From positions 496,001-560,000 of the forward strand of contig AP026132.1 in NCBI GenBank assembly GCA_030295235.1: a stretch of 64,000 nt of DNA, read 5' to 3'. The notes beneath the pieces are model-generated. The model did not search any database, had not been told where the DNA came from, and was given only the letters and a program-made list of their open reading frames with translations. A program made the translations under genes and the position numbers. Shown one piece after another: positions 1 through 12,035 of this stretch; positions within the stretch are counted from its first letter, which is position 1, and each line of letters begins with the position of its first letter. Source of the DNA: Fistulifera solaris (lineage: Eukaryota).

Positions 1-3000
1 CGCATTCCACTACGACGGAGTTGATCTCAGCTGATTCTGGTTTTATCACCTTCATCAAGGCACCTGATTCTCGTACAAGTAACTTAACTGCTTCGTTGTG
101 TTCTAACATTTCTACCTCAACAGTGTCAGCAGCTGGAAGTAAGTTGCGGCGCCGACTCGTTGCAAGTGTCACGCATGAGCCCTCCTCTTCCTCGGGCGGT
201 ACTTGTGGCGTAAAATCAAACCAGTCTAAATCTGGGTCAAAGCAGACATCATCAAGAATGATAAGAACGTTCCTTTGCTCCAGAAACTCTACCATAGTCT
301 CTTTCACAAAAACCATGAATCCCTCTTCGCGTCTCCTTCTCTTTGCTTTGGATTCCCCGGGTGTGTGAAGCAATTCAGGGAACAGGGGCTCTTCCTCAGG
401 CTCTACTTCCAGTTGACCGATTAAATCCTGCAAACACTGTACATAGCGGGTGTAATTCAGTTCAGTTGGCCCAATGTAGACCCAGGCAATGCCATCATGA
501 AAAAAGCGGCGCACGTCGGGATGGTTCGCGACCATGGCAGCAATTGTAGTTTTGCCCACTCCTGCAACGCCTAAAGACTCCTCATCATCCGGGTCTTCGG
601 GAATGGAGGTCACTGAGACCAAAGTCGATGGGGAGAGACCAGCTGGAGCATCGGGGTTACGTATTTTGGGAAAACTATCTTTCATTCTCGTGTCAGTCAC
701 TACCTCGGGAGGAAGAATCCGTCGCAAGACGCTCGCCATAATCGGTATTCTTGTTAGGAATTCTCCATTGATCTTTTCTAGAACTTGCAATGCTGCTTCG
801 GGGGGAGGTACCAATTCATCATCATTCGGTTGAGCCGGAGTTTCGTCGTTTTCGTCGTCCTCTATAGCACAAATATCCATTAGAGCCTCAGTGTCGGGAC
901 ACCATTGGTCGCAACTAAGTAAAACCTCATAGCAGATCTGCCGAAACGTTGTCAAATCAGGGCTATGGAGAAGAGTGGTCGCTTCTTCGTCATGCCCCGT
1001 AGCTTCCCACGCAGACTGGATTTCTTGAGTAATTGTGTAAGCGGGAGTATCCACGTCGTCATATATACATGTAATTTCAAGTGTGTCTCGACCAAGAAGC
1101 TCTAAGAGGGTAAGATAGGAAGTGTTCGCACGTGCATTCCACTGTTGTTTCTCAGCAACACGATAGCAAAGGTCTCCCACCTGCTCCACGGTCAAGTTGA
1201 CGCCGTACAAGAAATCCTCCATCTCTTCGCTCATTTCGGTGTTTAACCCTTGTAATAAAATTTGCTCTAGTTGACCAAAAATATCGTCAAGCAGCCCAGT
1301 GTAGCCGAGCAACGTTTTCAATCCATCTATGGTCGCACGATCAGAACTCTTAGCGAATGTACAAAGCAACTCATATTCGTCGGAAAGCCGTAGCAAGATC
1401 CCCACAATTCTTTCAAAGCCTTGTAAAACTTTAGTAGATAGAGCCTCGCCATCTTCCTCCTCGTCCTCGTCGGATTTTTTGTGCTTCTTTAGCTTTATTC
1501 TCCGTGTTTCCCTTTTTCGCTTCAATGTGTTTATCAAGTTCGATCATTGCCTCATTGACTTTCGAGGCGAAATCTAGAAGAGCTTCACTTTTAACTTTTA
1601 TTCGACTCCGCTTTCTGTTCTTTTTCGGTCTATGTTCATCAGCAAGGTGCGCATCGTCTTCTGAAACTATCGTATTCCGAGGCAGCTCAATTAGCTTCTT
1701 AATTTGCTCTCGTGTGTAGCCAACTGCACCTGTTGGTCGTTCAACAGTACTCTTGACTAGTGCCTGCATACGACTTCTTCGACTTGAAGCTGAAGCATTG
1801 CTAACTTTCGAGTCGACTGATCTTTCGCCATCGGGAAGTTCTGACCCTTTTCCAGCGGCCAGCATCGTTGTTAGTGTAACTGGTCCGCTACTTTCCCCAA
1901 GTAAGTTTCCGGCTAGGTATGTTCGTTTATCGCTTTTGTTTGTACTCTGGCTGGCAATAGTATAGTTGTCTGTCGGTCCATCGTTTTTGTCCGAAAGTAT
2001 TTGTTGTTCAAGCCGCGTCGGTCGTGCGAAAGACCCTCTTACTTCGTCGGTTTTTGGCTTATCCTCTGAGTAAGTTCGATTATTTTGGCCGATTCCAACC
2101 CCAGATTTCGATGTAGATAATGATGAATCGGCGGCGAACGAGTCCACATTATCAGTGTTTTCACTAGAATGGACAGAGAAGCGCAGCGGATCTTCGCCGG
2201 GCATAAACTGCGACGCAACTCCTTGCCCGTAGCCGCTACTTTCGGATTGGGAGCTATTGTCGCTATCATTTTCTGAGTAGAATTGTTCGTTGTTCTCTTC
2301 CTCTTGAGAAAGGTGAGAAGCGTCTTCCGAAGGATTGGATTGGTCATTCTCATCAGAATAGTCCTCATCCTCGTGGTCGCTTTCATCGTGTTCATCTGAA
2401 TGATATGAGCTTTCCAGTTTACTAGAACCGTCATAATCGTCACCGTCAAAATCATCACGACCATTTTCTCCTTCTTCTTCCGAGTATGACCCGCCGTCGT
2501 CCCTAGAATGGTTGCTTCTGGATGATGACCGATCAGAATAATTTGATGCTTCGTCGACTTGGTTGGAGCTCCCATCATAATCATTATTTTCTTCGTCAAG
2601 ACGACTCGAGTCCATGGTCTGGGAGTTGGTAGTATACGAGCCTCCCTCGTCAATGCTTTGCGACGGATCATTCTCTTCATCGTCTGGATTCGAGTTTCCT
2701 TCGCCGGAATAATTTGAAGCGTCTTCCTCTTCCCCACGCTCGTCAGAATAATATGAACCGTCTTCATTTTCACCATGTTCGTCAGAATAATATGAGCCTT
2801 CCTCGTCTTCCCCACGCTCGTCGGAGTAATATGAGGCTTCTTCCTCTTCCCCACGCTCGTCGGAATACTGTGAAGCATCTTCCTCTTCCCCATGTGAGTG
2901 ATGACTATTGTCGTGTTGATCATTCAAAGAATTCGATCTAGGCCTTCCTTCTTCTGAATATTCTCTCGAATCACGCTCATTTGAATAATAGGAAGCGTCC

Positions 3001-3275
3001 TCGTCGGCATAAGACCCATCTTCGTTTTCGTCGTAAGAGCGATCACTATGCTCGTCTAAACTACGACTCTCCGATTCTCCTTCCTGTGACGCCTGTCCAT
3101 CATCATCGTTCGACTCGTAACTCCTTGAATGAGAGTCTCCATCATCCCTGCTGTTTCCCTCGTCGTAGCTGGCTTCGTCTGAATAGTAGCTCCCTTCCTC
3201 GGAATAGGGACCGGATTCACCGGATCCGTTTGAATCAGAATATTCATCTGGCTGATCCACGGAGCCACTACTCAT
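1..3275 (-). CDS. Large STAND NTPase (NB-ARC) protein: acidic low-complexity N-terminus, helical domain, NB-ARC; 3'-partial (runs off the window start)
   Basis: Manual translation of the minus strand 1..~1488 is stop-free and is missing from the ORF track. It contains Walker A GVAGVGKTT (~545-571), RNBS-A-like FFHDGIAWV, Walker B VLIILDDV (~245-268), sensor VTLATSRR and EAVKLLVRES. It joins ORF 1431..3275 through about two single-base frameshifts in A/G runs near 1410-1515 (inferred). An independent ATG at ~1453 cannot be excluded. Confidence 0.85.
2716..2894 (-). repeat. Coding tandem repeat, 39-bp unit x ~4.5 (peptide GEEEEASYYSDER)
   Basis: Units start at 2722, 2761, 2800, 2839 and 2878, e.g. 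tcttcctcttccccacgctcgtcagaataatatgaaccg. They encode GEEEDASQYSDER / GEEEEASYYSDER / GEDEEGSYYSDEH / GENEDGSYYSDER. Confidence 0.9.
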
Positions 3276-3915
3276 TGTATATTTCTCTGCGGGATTATAT
3301 TACACGTAAACTCGTTCATGACGACCCATTGACACCGAAACGAGGATGAAAATACGACGACTTGTTGTCATGCAAGTTTTCTTTTCACTTTTTGTTGCGT
3401 CTTGCTCGGTGCTCGGGTCCAGCTTGCGACTTGAAACGTGGTCATTCAATAATAGTAAAACGTGTTACTTAGAAGGTACGACATTGGCACAAGAGTGTTT
3501 TTGTTCTCGGCGGACATTTTTGTGCTTGTTTCCCCAAAATGTGAGTGCCACTCAGACGATCTGAATGTTGGCAAATAATAACGATAAGACAAAAGATGTG
3601 ACTCAAAGCTAGTTACCTAAGTTTTTACTAGTAAAATAGGCCCTTAGTCTACACAAGAAACGAAAAACATAATTAGACGATCTCTAGACGACTCCAGCAA
3701 AACTTTATTGGTCTTTAGGAATACAATTGATAGCGCGCAGGAAACAAACGCAGCATGTGATCCTTTGTCGACAAGTTTGTTTTTGGCAAACATAAAACTT
3801 ACGAAGAGTCGAACTGCAATGAAAAAATTGTGACTTTGAACGGGAATATCAAGAAACATTGCAAAGTAAGATTTTATCGGTCTCTGGTTAAAAGTGAATG
3901 CTAAGACTATATTGA

Positions 3916-4537
3916 TTAAAATTCGTCCTCGGCCAGATGCTCCGTCTCCTGAACACGTTTGACAAATTCCTCCTTCTCGACACATCCAACACATTCTACA
4001 CCTCGGTCGGCCAGAATTTGTTTTAGCTGCTTCACTCGGAGCTTTGAAATATCCTGCTTCTCCATATTATCTGTTTTTACGGGCAACTTGACGCTGCATA
4101 TTTCCGGATTGGATTTGTTGATTCGTTCACACACCTTGAGAGAAGGCATTCCCAGCGAGAAGGGTTGAGCAACATCACGTTTAATCGGATCAATGTAATA
4201 GCAAATCTTCTTTTCTCGGGAAGAAAGTTTGTTTCCTTTATTCGCGCAATACTTTCCAATCGCCGCCTCGATTTCCGGCTTTTTCTTACTGTCCTCTTTG
4301 CTCATTGACGCACGAACCTCATCCATGACTTTCACGCAGACTGAAAATGATGAACAGGGGTACAAGTTGTTGAGAGAACAAGGGAGAAACGTTTCATTTG
4401 AGACAAGAAATGACTTTACAGATCGTCGGAACAGTCCAAAGTCGCTCGTCTCGACGGAACGTACCTTCGCACTCCCCAGCGGATACCACACTGTTTGCGA
4501 GGCAAAATAAGGCAGCGAAAACGAAGAATACTTTCAT
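3916..4537 (-). CDS. MANF: MANF/ARMET/CDNF homolog (saposin-like + SAP-like domains; ER-lumen protein)
   Basis: Signal peptide MKVFFVFAALFCLANSVVSA. Removing intron 4341-4464 gives GECEVCVKVMDEV. Family motifs EKKICYYI, KVCERINKSNPEICSVK and KLRVKQLKQILADRGVECVGCVEKEEFVKRV are present; the protein ends AEDEF. Confidence 0.92.
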
Positions 4538-5135
4538 GATTCTTTGGAATAGATGGTTTCAGATGAACTTCTTTGGTATTGTTCGACGACAAGTGATTGG
4601 ATGGGATGACAAGCAAGAGAAAAAACGGTCGCGAATGACGATGGTCATCGTCCTGTTATCACAGAAACAGGTATTGTCTCAACGGTCGAAATTTGCCACG
4701 TGGAATATTGGAAGCGCTTCAAACGGGTGGATGACGTACCATTCCTACTAATCGAGCAATAGAAACACTTCGCACCGGCATCGAAGTGTAGTACATCTGA
4801 GAATGAACGCAAACTTCATTCTTTTTTCCCTTGGTGGACGAAGAAAGCAGAACAACGATGAATAAAAGAACTCATCCCAAAACGGGGTTGCATTCAAAGA
4901 TCAAAATACAGCGCAAAGATACAATCCATTCGAAATAGTCAACTTTCCCTCACACCAACAGAAAATCGACTCTGGGTTCTGCTACTTTCACTGGCGGTCT
5001 GGTCTGAAGATAAAATTACAGTTTGAATCATCATCAATCGTGATCCGTACTGCTCGTTCGAAGCTATTTCCTTTTCAAACCTACGAGATTATAAACAAAC
5101 AGATCTAGCTCTAGCACAAAGTTGAATTTGAAAGC

Positions 5136-8100
5136 ATGGTGCACAAATTATCGTTAGCGTCGGGTCTTGTTGTCCTTTTGACGCGAGAGATTTTGGCCAG
5201 GACCTCCGGAAAGACACTTCCGCTGGACCGAACGTTCGTCGATGCGAACAAAGAATTTTTAACAGCACAATTCTATGACAGCAATGACCCTGTTTCTTAC
5301 GAACAAGCCCAAGAGGATGACAAACCTTCCGAATTGGGTGACGACACCGAGAATCAAATCGTGGGTGTCAAACCGCATTCGAATCACCGAAAGAGCAACG
5401 CGGTCGGTGATCCAGATGGAGAAGGTTCGGACGATGACGATTCGGATGACGAAGATTCCGATTTTATGGAAGAATTGAGACGACTGTATCCGAGTGAGCC
5501 GCAAGTGCAAGTACAGTTGGAATTGGTGCAAGATGCGGAACTCGAGGATGAAACCAATCATAATATTCGGGAGATTGCCGCGCGGCGATCGGGAGGTGGA
5601 GTCGGTCTTCGCTTGGGTCAAAAGCTACAAAATCGACGCAAGAATCGCACCAAGACCAATCAAGAAGCCGAGCAGTTTCAACGAGCCATGGTGGATGCGT
5701 GGAATCCTTACGTATTTTGTCCTCCAACGTCTTTGACTGTCTTGAAGGAGAATGCACGAAAGTTGGATGGCGACTCCAAGTTACGTCTGGATCGAAGAAC
5801 ACTTTATGGGTGCTTGTTGTTGGAATGGCGTGGTCTCTGGACGACCGAGCGACGATTTTTGCAGCCCTCGACCTCGCAGGCTTTGCAGGCGGCACTCTCG
5901 CTGGCGACGCAGCCTTCGTGGCGCAAGTCCCTGGCCCAGGCGAGTGCACTGCGACTGTACGATTCGCAAAATCCAGATCAAGGAGCTACACTTGCCATGC
6001 AGGAGACTGTGGCATTGGCATTGGTAAGAGATTTTGCTGTGTGTTTCTATTGACATTCAAGGCACTCGCTAACGTTGACATTTTTTATCAAGGCACATTC
6101 ATTGGGTGCTGGTTTGGTATTTTTAGATGATGAAGTCCTCTCCTCAGTGCGGCAGCACTTGTTAGATAATGGTGTTCCTGAGCAAGAGTTAAAGCCGGGT
6201 GTTTTGATCCAATCGCTATTGAAGTTAGCAAGCGAAGGAAAACTGGAGGGAATAACGGGTGGGTCGATATCACAGTGCATGAGTAAGGACATTCGTTCCG
6301 GGTTGGATGATCCATTCGACGAAAGAGCATCGGACAGCTGCGCAAACATGAAGGATTGGGAGTTGGATATGTATCAGGCAACAGCTAATAAACCGCTTCC
6401 TCTTGTTGTATTTGTGCGGGCGAGTTCATCCAGTCTTTTGTTTCAGAGCAAAAGCGCTGTGGAGACGCTGTTACATGAATCGAATGCAGCGGACGGAATC
6501 AACCTGATAATTCTTGGCAAAGGTATTGATTCGAAAACACAGCGTGTTCCAGAAGAACCTGCCGTTCAAAATAATCAAATCTTTGACAATGGATTACAGG
6601 ATACCGTCATGCGGAACGCTCCTGGCGCAGCACCATGGTTTGGGTTTTCTCCAAATAACCAGAATGCTTCGGGACAGCATGATCCAGAAGGATCTCGACG
6701 CTTCAACATATTTCTGGCCCGTACTATCGATCCTGATGGAACCCCTGGTATTCTCGGTGCCATTGCTCCACCACAGGCTGGGAACCTATTTCCTCATATG
6801 ATGGCCATGCAAGCTCGAGAGCGCTTGCAAAACGAGGACGATGATTCACCGATAAAGGCTGAATTGGAACGTTGGGCTTCGCTTCTACAGCAGCAGATGC
6901 AGACGAATGGAGGTGCTCCACTTCCGCCTCCTCAGTTCTTTAATGCCAGTCTTTCTGGTGGCCCATTTGATGCCGATGGTTCTCTCCCTGTTCCGCCACC
7001 GCCTCATGTGATCCAAGAGACTCTTCAGCATGCCATGGCTGAGCTTCTGGACCGACTTGCTAGCTTGAACGACGAAGATGGTGATGAAAACGACTTTGAC
7101 TCTTTCTCTCCAGATTTACATAAAGCTTTCTCTCAAGTGCTTCGAAACGAAAACTTACGAAAGGGAATTGCAGAAAACCTCGCACGAGCGGCACCGGCTC
7201 TTTCAGACCCAAAATGCCAAGGAGTGATGTTGAGTGTTTATGTTCCACCGCCTCCCAATCACATCAATCGGGGGAAACTCCCCGAGAAATCAGGAGGGGC
7301 CCCCATGAGTGGATGGTTTCAAAAGATCTTAAATCACCAAGACGAGGCGACTCGTGAAGACCCTGACAATCCGGACAATCGTCGTAATTCACGCCAACGT
7401 CGGACCCGCACAATGGCGGCTGCAGCGGCTGTAATGCAAGCCAAAAAGGCGGAGGATAGTAAGGAAGCGGAGAAAATAGAAGATAACAAAGCTGAGAGAA
7501 ACCTAGCGAGATTGGAAGCAGTTTGCCGGCCAATTGTTGTGGAAGCTCCAACCGACCCCGTTCGTGCGAAGTCGTGGAATGCATGGATTCAGCGTGAGCG
7601 CGGTGCTGTGATCTTTCGGAATAACAGGAAAATGCTCATAGAAGCTTTGAAAGCCCACAATCTTGCAATTCAGGACCATACAGGGACGAGAGGAGCAGGT
7701 TCGTCACTCAGACAAATGTTAAGCGTGCGTGACATCACCGCTGATCTTCCGAAAGTGATCAAGCATGCGATTGAACTTGAGGCTTCAAGAAACCGAAGAA
7801 AAGAGGACGACACACACCGAAACGTTGAATCGATGGACAGCCTCGACGTCGATATCACACTCAGTCAATTGATGCTAACTGAAAATGGACTGGTTGAAAA
7901 CAATCCGGAGGCGCCAGCTGATGATGTGAGATTTGTTCACCCATCAACCTTAGAATCGGCGCTGACAATGGTATGCCGGATTAGCTCGTCGCCCTCCGGT
8001 GGATTGTCTTTGTCGGGAGCTGGGACTGTCGCGCATAGGACACGGGAAGAAATCACCGCTCTTGCGCAAGACAAGCACGAGCGCGCATTGATCTCCCAGG

Positions 8101-9126
8101 TTGTTTCTCCTCAGGATATCGGTGTCACTTACGACATGATAGGAGGTCTCTCAGAGGTCAAGGAGCTACTGCGCCAAAGCATCACTTACCCCCTCAAATA
8201 TCCGCACTTGTACAGCGAGGGGATAGCGAGGGAAGCTGTGAAGGGAGTATTATTGTTTGGTCCTCCGGGTAAGTACTCGAATCATGACGCCTGTTTGCCT
8301 AAGCGCTGATCTCACTTTTCGGTTTCCACAGGAACGGGTAAAACTATGCTAGCCAAAGCAGTCGCGACGGAAGGCGGGGCTAGTTTTCTAAGTGTTGACG
8401 CATCCTCTGTCGAGAACAAGTGGCTAGGCGAGTCCGAGAAGAACGCTAAAGCTGTTTTTACACTTGCACGAAGGCTGGCACCCTGTGTTATTTTCATCGA
8501 TGAAGTTGATTCACTTCTGTCTAGTCGCGAGGGATCGTCGGATGATTCTGCACACGGCACTCTCACCAGTGTGAAAACGACAATGATGAGTGAGTGGGAT
8601 GGCTTGAACTCTGGCACGAATGGAAGTGGCGACCGTGTTGTTGTGATCGGTTCCACCAACCGCCCCTTCGATTTGGACGAGGCGGTCTTGCGACGATTTC
8701 CACGACGCATCCTTGTGGATCTCCCGGATCTCAAAACACGAAGCGAGATTCTGGAGGTTACCCTTGCCGAGAACAGAATAGATCCAGCAGTAAACTTTAC
8801 AAAAATTGCGGAACGACTGGAAGGCTACACCGGTTCTGACATCAAGGAGGTTTGCAGGGAAGCTGTCGTACAAATAAGTCACGAACAAGCCAAGCAGCTA
8901 GACGAAGGACTGCAGGGGGGTCCGTATGGATACGTCTGTGGGATCGTTGCAAAGACTCAGGCCAGTAACAGTGGAGGATTTTGAGAAAGCGTTGAGCAAA
9001 CTAAAGCGCAGTGTTTCAGAGAATGGCCGCGAGTTAGCTAGGGTCTGGGAGTGGAACGCTGAGTACGGTGAGGTAAAGAAAATGGACAAGGACCATTTAC
9101 CTCATTTAGCTAATATGTATCTATAA
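5136..9126 (+). CDS. Large AAA+ ATPase of the meiotic clade (MSP1/ATAD1/spastin-like) with a long N-terminal extension
   Basis: IGVTYDMIGGL; Walker A GPPG|TGKT split by intron ~8269-8331; pore loop KWLG; Walker B IFIDEVD; SRH STNRPFDLDEAVLRRF; GYTGSDIKEVC; C-terminal WNAEYGE. Intron ~6023-6092; frameshift at the G-run ~8915. Confidence 0.9.
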
Positions 9127-9512
9127 AGTTTTCACGAAGCGCTCTCATATTTTGAGAACATTGTACCTAGCTCTAAAGACACAGTCGATGCAGTGCTTTA
9201 GTACGTTTTCCATCCTTGCCCTCTGCCCTCTAAGTCTAAGGTTAGCTTTCAGCTTTCATCGTCACAGACGGACGACGAGCAAGACGGAAATGACCGACAA
9301 CGGTCATTGCCTAATAATGAACGTGGTTGCGACAACAAAAAGTACTTCTTGGAATAGTGTCCAACAATACCAACCACGTTTGCGTTTTGCGTTATTTTGC
9401 GTTAACCTCGAAAGCCAAAACGGACGACAAGGAGAAAGAGGAACAAGCCATTGTGTTCTTGTTAAATACATTGTTAATCATATTCATCAATTAACACCTA
9501 AAAAGCTGAGAT

Positions 9513-10376
9513 ATGAGTTTCTTTCGAGGCTTTAGCAAACCGGAGGAGAAAGGAGGATTACAATCACCGTCTCCCGGAAAGGCCCCTCCGCCGCCCCCCA
9601 TCGTGCAAGACGATAACATCTCCATTCGACTTGAAGATGAACCGGAGGAAGATCCTGAGCGTACGGCTCTCGAAAGTGAAGTCAGAGATCGTGATAATCA
9701 AATATCAGTTCTAGAACGGGCTCGCCAAGAAAAGAAGGATCAGCTGGACGCACTCGAGGCGGAGTTGGAGAAAGAACGTCTCACGCAAATGTCCGAAGCT
9801 CTCATTCATAAAATCGAGTCGGAACGCATCAAGAGGATGACTTCGCATGCGGAAGATCGCTTACAAGCACTGGAGCAGGACATGCAAGACAAAGCGGCGA
9901 TTCACGAATATGCAAATCTCATCAAAGGTGTGGCCCCCAAAGGTGGAGTAGATAGTCAGTACGTTATGAAACTTCAGGCGCAGCTACAAAAGGCGGTGAA
10001 GAAAATGGAAACAACCATGGGTCAAATGAAAGAGTTGGAACAAAATGCCAGAGAAAATGTGGAGCAGCTTTCGGCTGAAATTATCCAACTGATTCAGGAA
10101 CGCTGCAAGACGGAGTTGGATCTACGAAAACAGATTGAAGTCATGGAAGAACAAAAGAAGGAGATGCAAGTGGAATACGAGGCCCGAATTCGCGAGAACT
10201 TGAAAACTCTTAAATCATTACGGGCAAAGGCCGTCAAGCAGAGCACCATCGAAGAGCTGGAAGAAGAATTACAGGAGACGGAAGCCAAACTCGAAGAGCT
10301 CAGCCGAATTCATGAGAAGCAAACCATTTCTATTGAACAACTCACCAAATCGCTTTCGTCGCAAGGTGATATGTAA
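9513..10376 (+). CDS. Coiled-coil protein of unknown function (287 aa, poly-Pro N-terminus)
   Basis: Intact ORF rich in E/K/Q/L heptads; no recognisable catalytic motif. Confidence 0.8.
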   Translation: MSFFRGFSKPEEKGGLQSPSPGKAPPPPPIVQDDNISIRLEDEPEEDPERTALESEVRDRDNQISVLERARQEKKDQLDALEAELEKERLTQMSEALIHKIESERIKRMTSHAEDRLQALEQDMQDKAAIHEYANLIKGVAPKGGVDSQYVMKLQAQLQKAVKKMETTMGQMKELEQNARENVEQLSAEIIQLIQERCKTELDLRKQIEVMEEQKKEMQVEYEARIRENLKTLKSLRAKAVKQSTIEELEEELQETEAKLEELSRIHEKQTISIEQLTKSLSSQGDM

Positions 10377-10433
10377 TTTCGATGATAAATGTCTAGTCCA
10401 TTTAAAAACTTAAGTACTTGTCCGTCCACAATC

Positions 10434-12035
10434 TTATAGATAGAATCTCAAAGGAGTTCTCTTCTTCTTACCGCTATCTTTTTTGGCGTCCTTCGTCGAT
10501 GCTTTTTCACTCGACGACGACTCAGTGGCCGAAGACGATTGTTTTCTGGCTGTTAACTCTGTGATGCGTGCCAGGAGACCAGCCGCAGTAGAAGCCGCTT
10601 TGGCTCGCTCAATAACCAACTCTTGATCCTTCTTCACGAGCTGCTGCTGCGCCGATTGAAGCTGTCTTTGAAGCTCCTGTACGTAAGCGGCATTCGTTCC
10701 TGCTCCCATAGATGAAGCCTGCTGCTCCGCTATGTCGCCCTTTAAGAGGTCCGCATCAAGCTTGGAAAACTTGCTGTCTTCTTTTACTCCATCGCTACTG
10801 GAGGCAATGGCCTCGATGCGACGGCTGGTTGCATCTTTCTTTAGGGCCTCAATCTGTCTATCTCTGATTTCAAGTTCTGCTTCCAATTGCTTGATCGTAC
10901 GGAACTTTTCCTCAATTTTCTTTTCAATCTCTGCGTACTGAGCCGACGATTGGTCGCCTTCCATAATGTCGGTTTCCAGAGCCTTGATACGACTTTTCAT
11001 TGCTTCATTTTCCAAGAACAAACGATCAACTTCGGATTCGGCTTTCTTGACTGCCTCCTTACTTTGCTTCTTGGTGTCAGCAACTTCGGCATGAAGTTTG
11101 CGAAGTTCGCCACGAAACAACGCCCTTTTCGCTTCCAGCGTCTCCACTCGTTTGCGCAGATATGTAACATCCGATTTATCACTCGACGACGCGCTGCTTT
11201 CACTGGCATCTTCCGCAAAACGGTCCGCTTCTCCCAATCGACTCTCGAGAATATGTACTCTCGTTTTTAATTCCTCCGCCTCGAGCTCCATCTTACCGAT
11301 GGTCGCCGCTTTTGCCAGCTTCTCTTCTTTGTAGCGTGATTCAAGGTCATCCAAATCGGCCAATAGTTTGGAAATCAGCTTTTGAGCGCGTCGTGGTGGC
11401 AGCTTTTTGTCTGGATCCGTCTCAGCGTCCCCGCTTCCTGCTTTTTGCATCGCTTGTATTTCCTTCAAGGCATCCTCACCAAGTTTGAATTGTTCTAAAG
11501 CATAATCCGTATAGTGAACGCTGTGTGTCTCCAAATCAAACTCCAATTCCACGATGCGGCGCAGCTTGTCGACCAATTCGTGACGAAGGTGGTCAATTTC
11601 GTTGTTTTTGGCCAGCACCTCATCTTCCAGTTTTTGAATGAGTTTCACTTGTTTCATAAAACCCTCCTGAATGCTTTCCATCTTTTCTTTCAGAAATTCA
11701 TCTCCGTCGGTCGCATTCTGCAATCGGGCGAGTTCATGTTCGAGTGCCGACTTTTCGTTTTCGACTTCTTGCATCTTTTGTTGTACCGAGCGCATTTGGC
11801 TGATGAAACTGTTTTCACCATCCCCACTGGTGGTTCGAACCAAGCTGGTAAGACGCATTTCACTCTGACGCAGCCTGGCACGAATGCTCTCGCGTTTGTT
11901 GACCGCATCGTCCTTCGTTGCCGCCGAACCAGGTGCATTACTACTCGATGGCGGGTCCGTCTCGTCCACCGAAACAACTTCGACCACATCGGCCGCCTCC
12001 TCCGGCTTTGTGGATTCTTCGTCGGGCATGTTCAT
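10434..12035 (-). CDS. Long coiled-coil protein of unknown function (~533 aa)
   Basis: Intact ORF with heptad-rich composition; convergent with the preceding gene. The start may be 12035 or 12029. Confidence 0.8.
   Translation of the reverse strand: MNMPDEESTKPEEAADVVEVVSVDETDPPSSSNAPGSAATKDDAVNKRESIRARLRQSEMRLTSLVRTTSGDGENSFISQMRSVQQKMQEVENEKSALEHELARLQNATDGDEFLKEKMESIQEGFMKQVKLIQKLEDEVLAKNNEIDHLRHELVDKLRRIVELEFDLETHSVHYTDYALEQFKLGEDALKEIQAMQKAGSGDAETDPDKKLPPRRAQKLISKLLADLDDLESRYKEEKLAKAATIGKMELEAEELKTRVHILESRLGEADRFAEDASESSASSSDKSDVTYLRKRVETLEAKRALFRGELRKLHAEVADTKKQSKEAVKKAESEVDRLFLENEAMKSRIKALETDIMEGDQSSAQYAEIEKKIEEKFRTIKQLEAELEIRDRQIEALKKDATSRRIEAIASSSDGVKEDSKFSKLDADLLKGDIAEQQASSMGAGTNAAYVQELQRQLQSAQQQLVKKDQELVIERAKAASTAAGLLARITELTARKQSSSATESSSSEKASTKDAKKDSGKKKRTPLRFYL

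Noticed and set aside
2716..2894. 39-bp repeats as a CRISPR array or a silacidin precursor
   Set aside because: The units are contiguous, in frame and have no unique spacers, and the context is eukaryotic. There is no signal peptide or RXL processing site as expected for silacidins.
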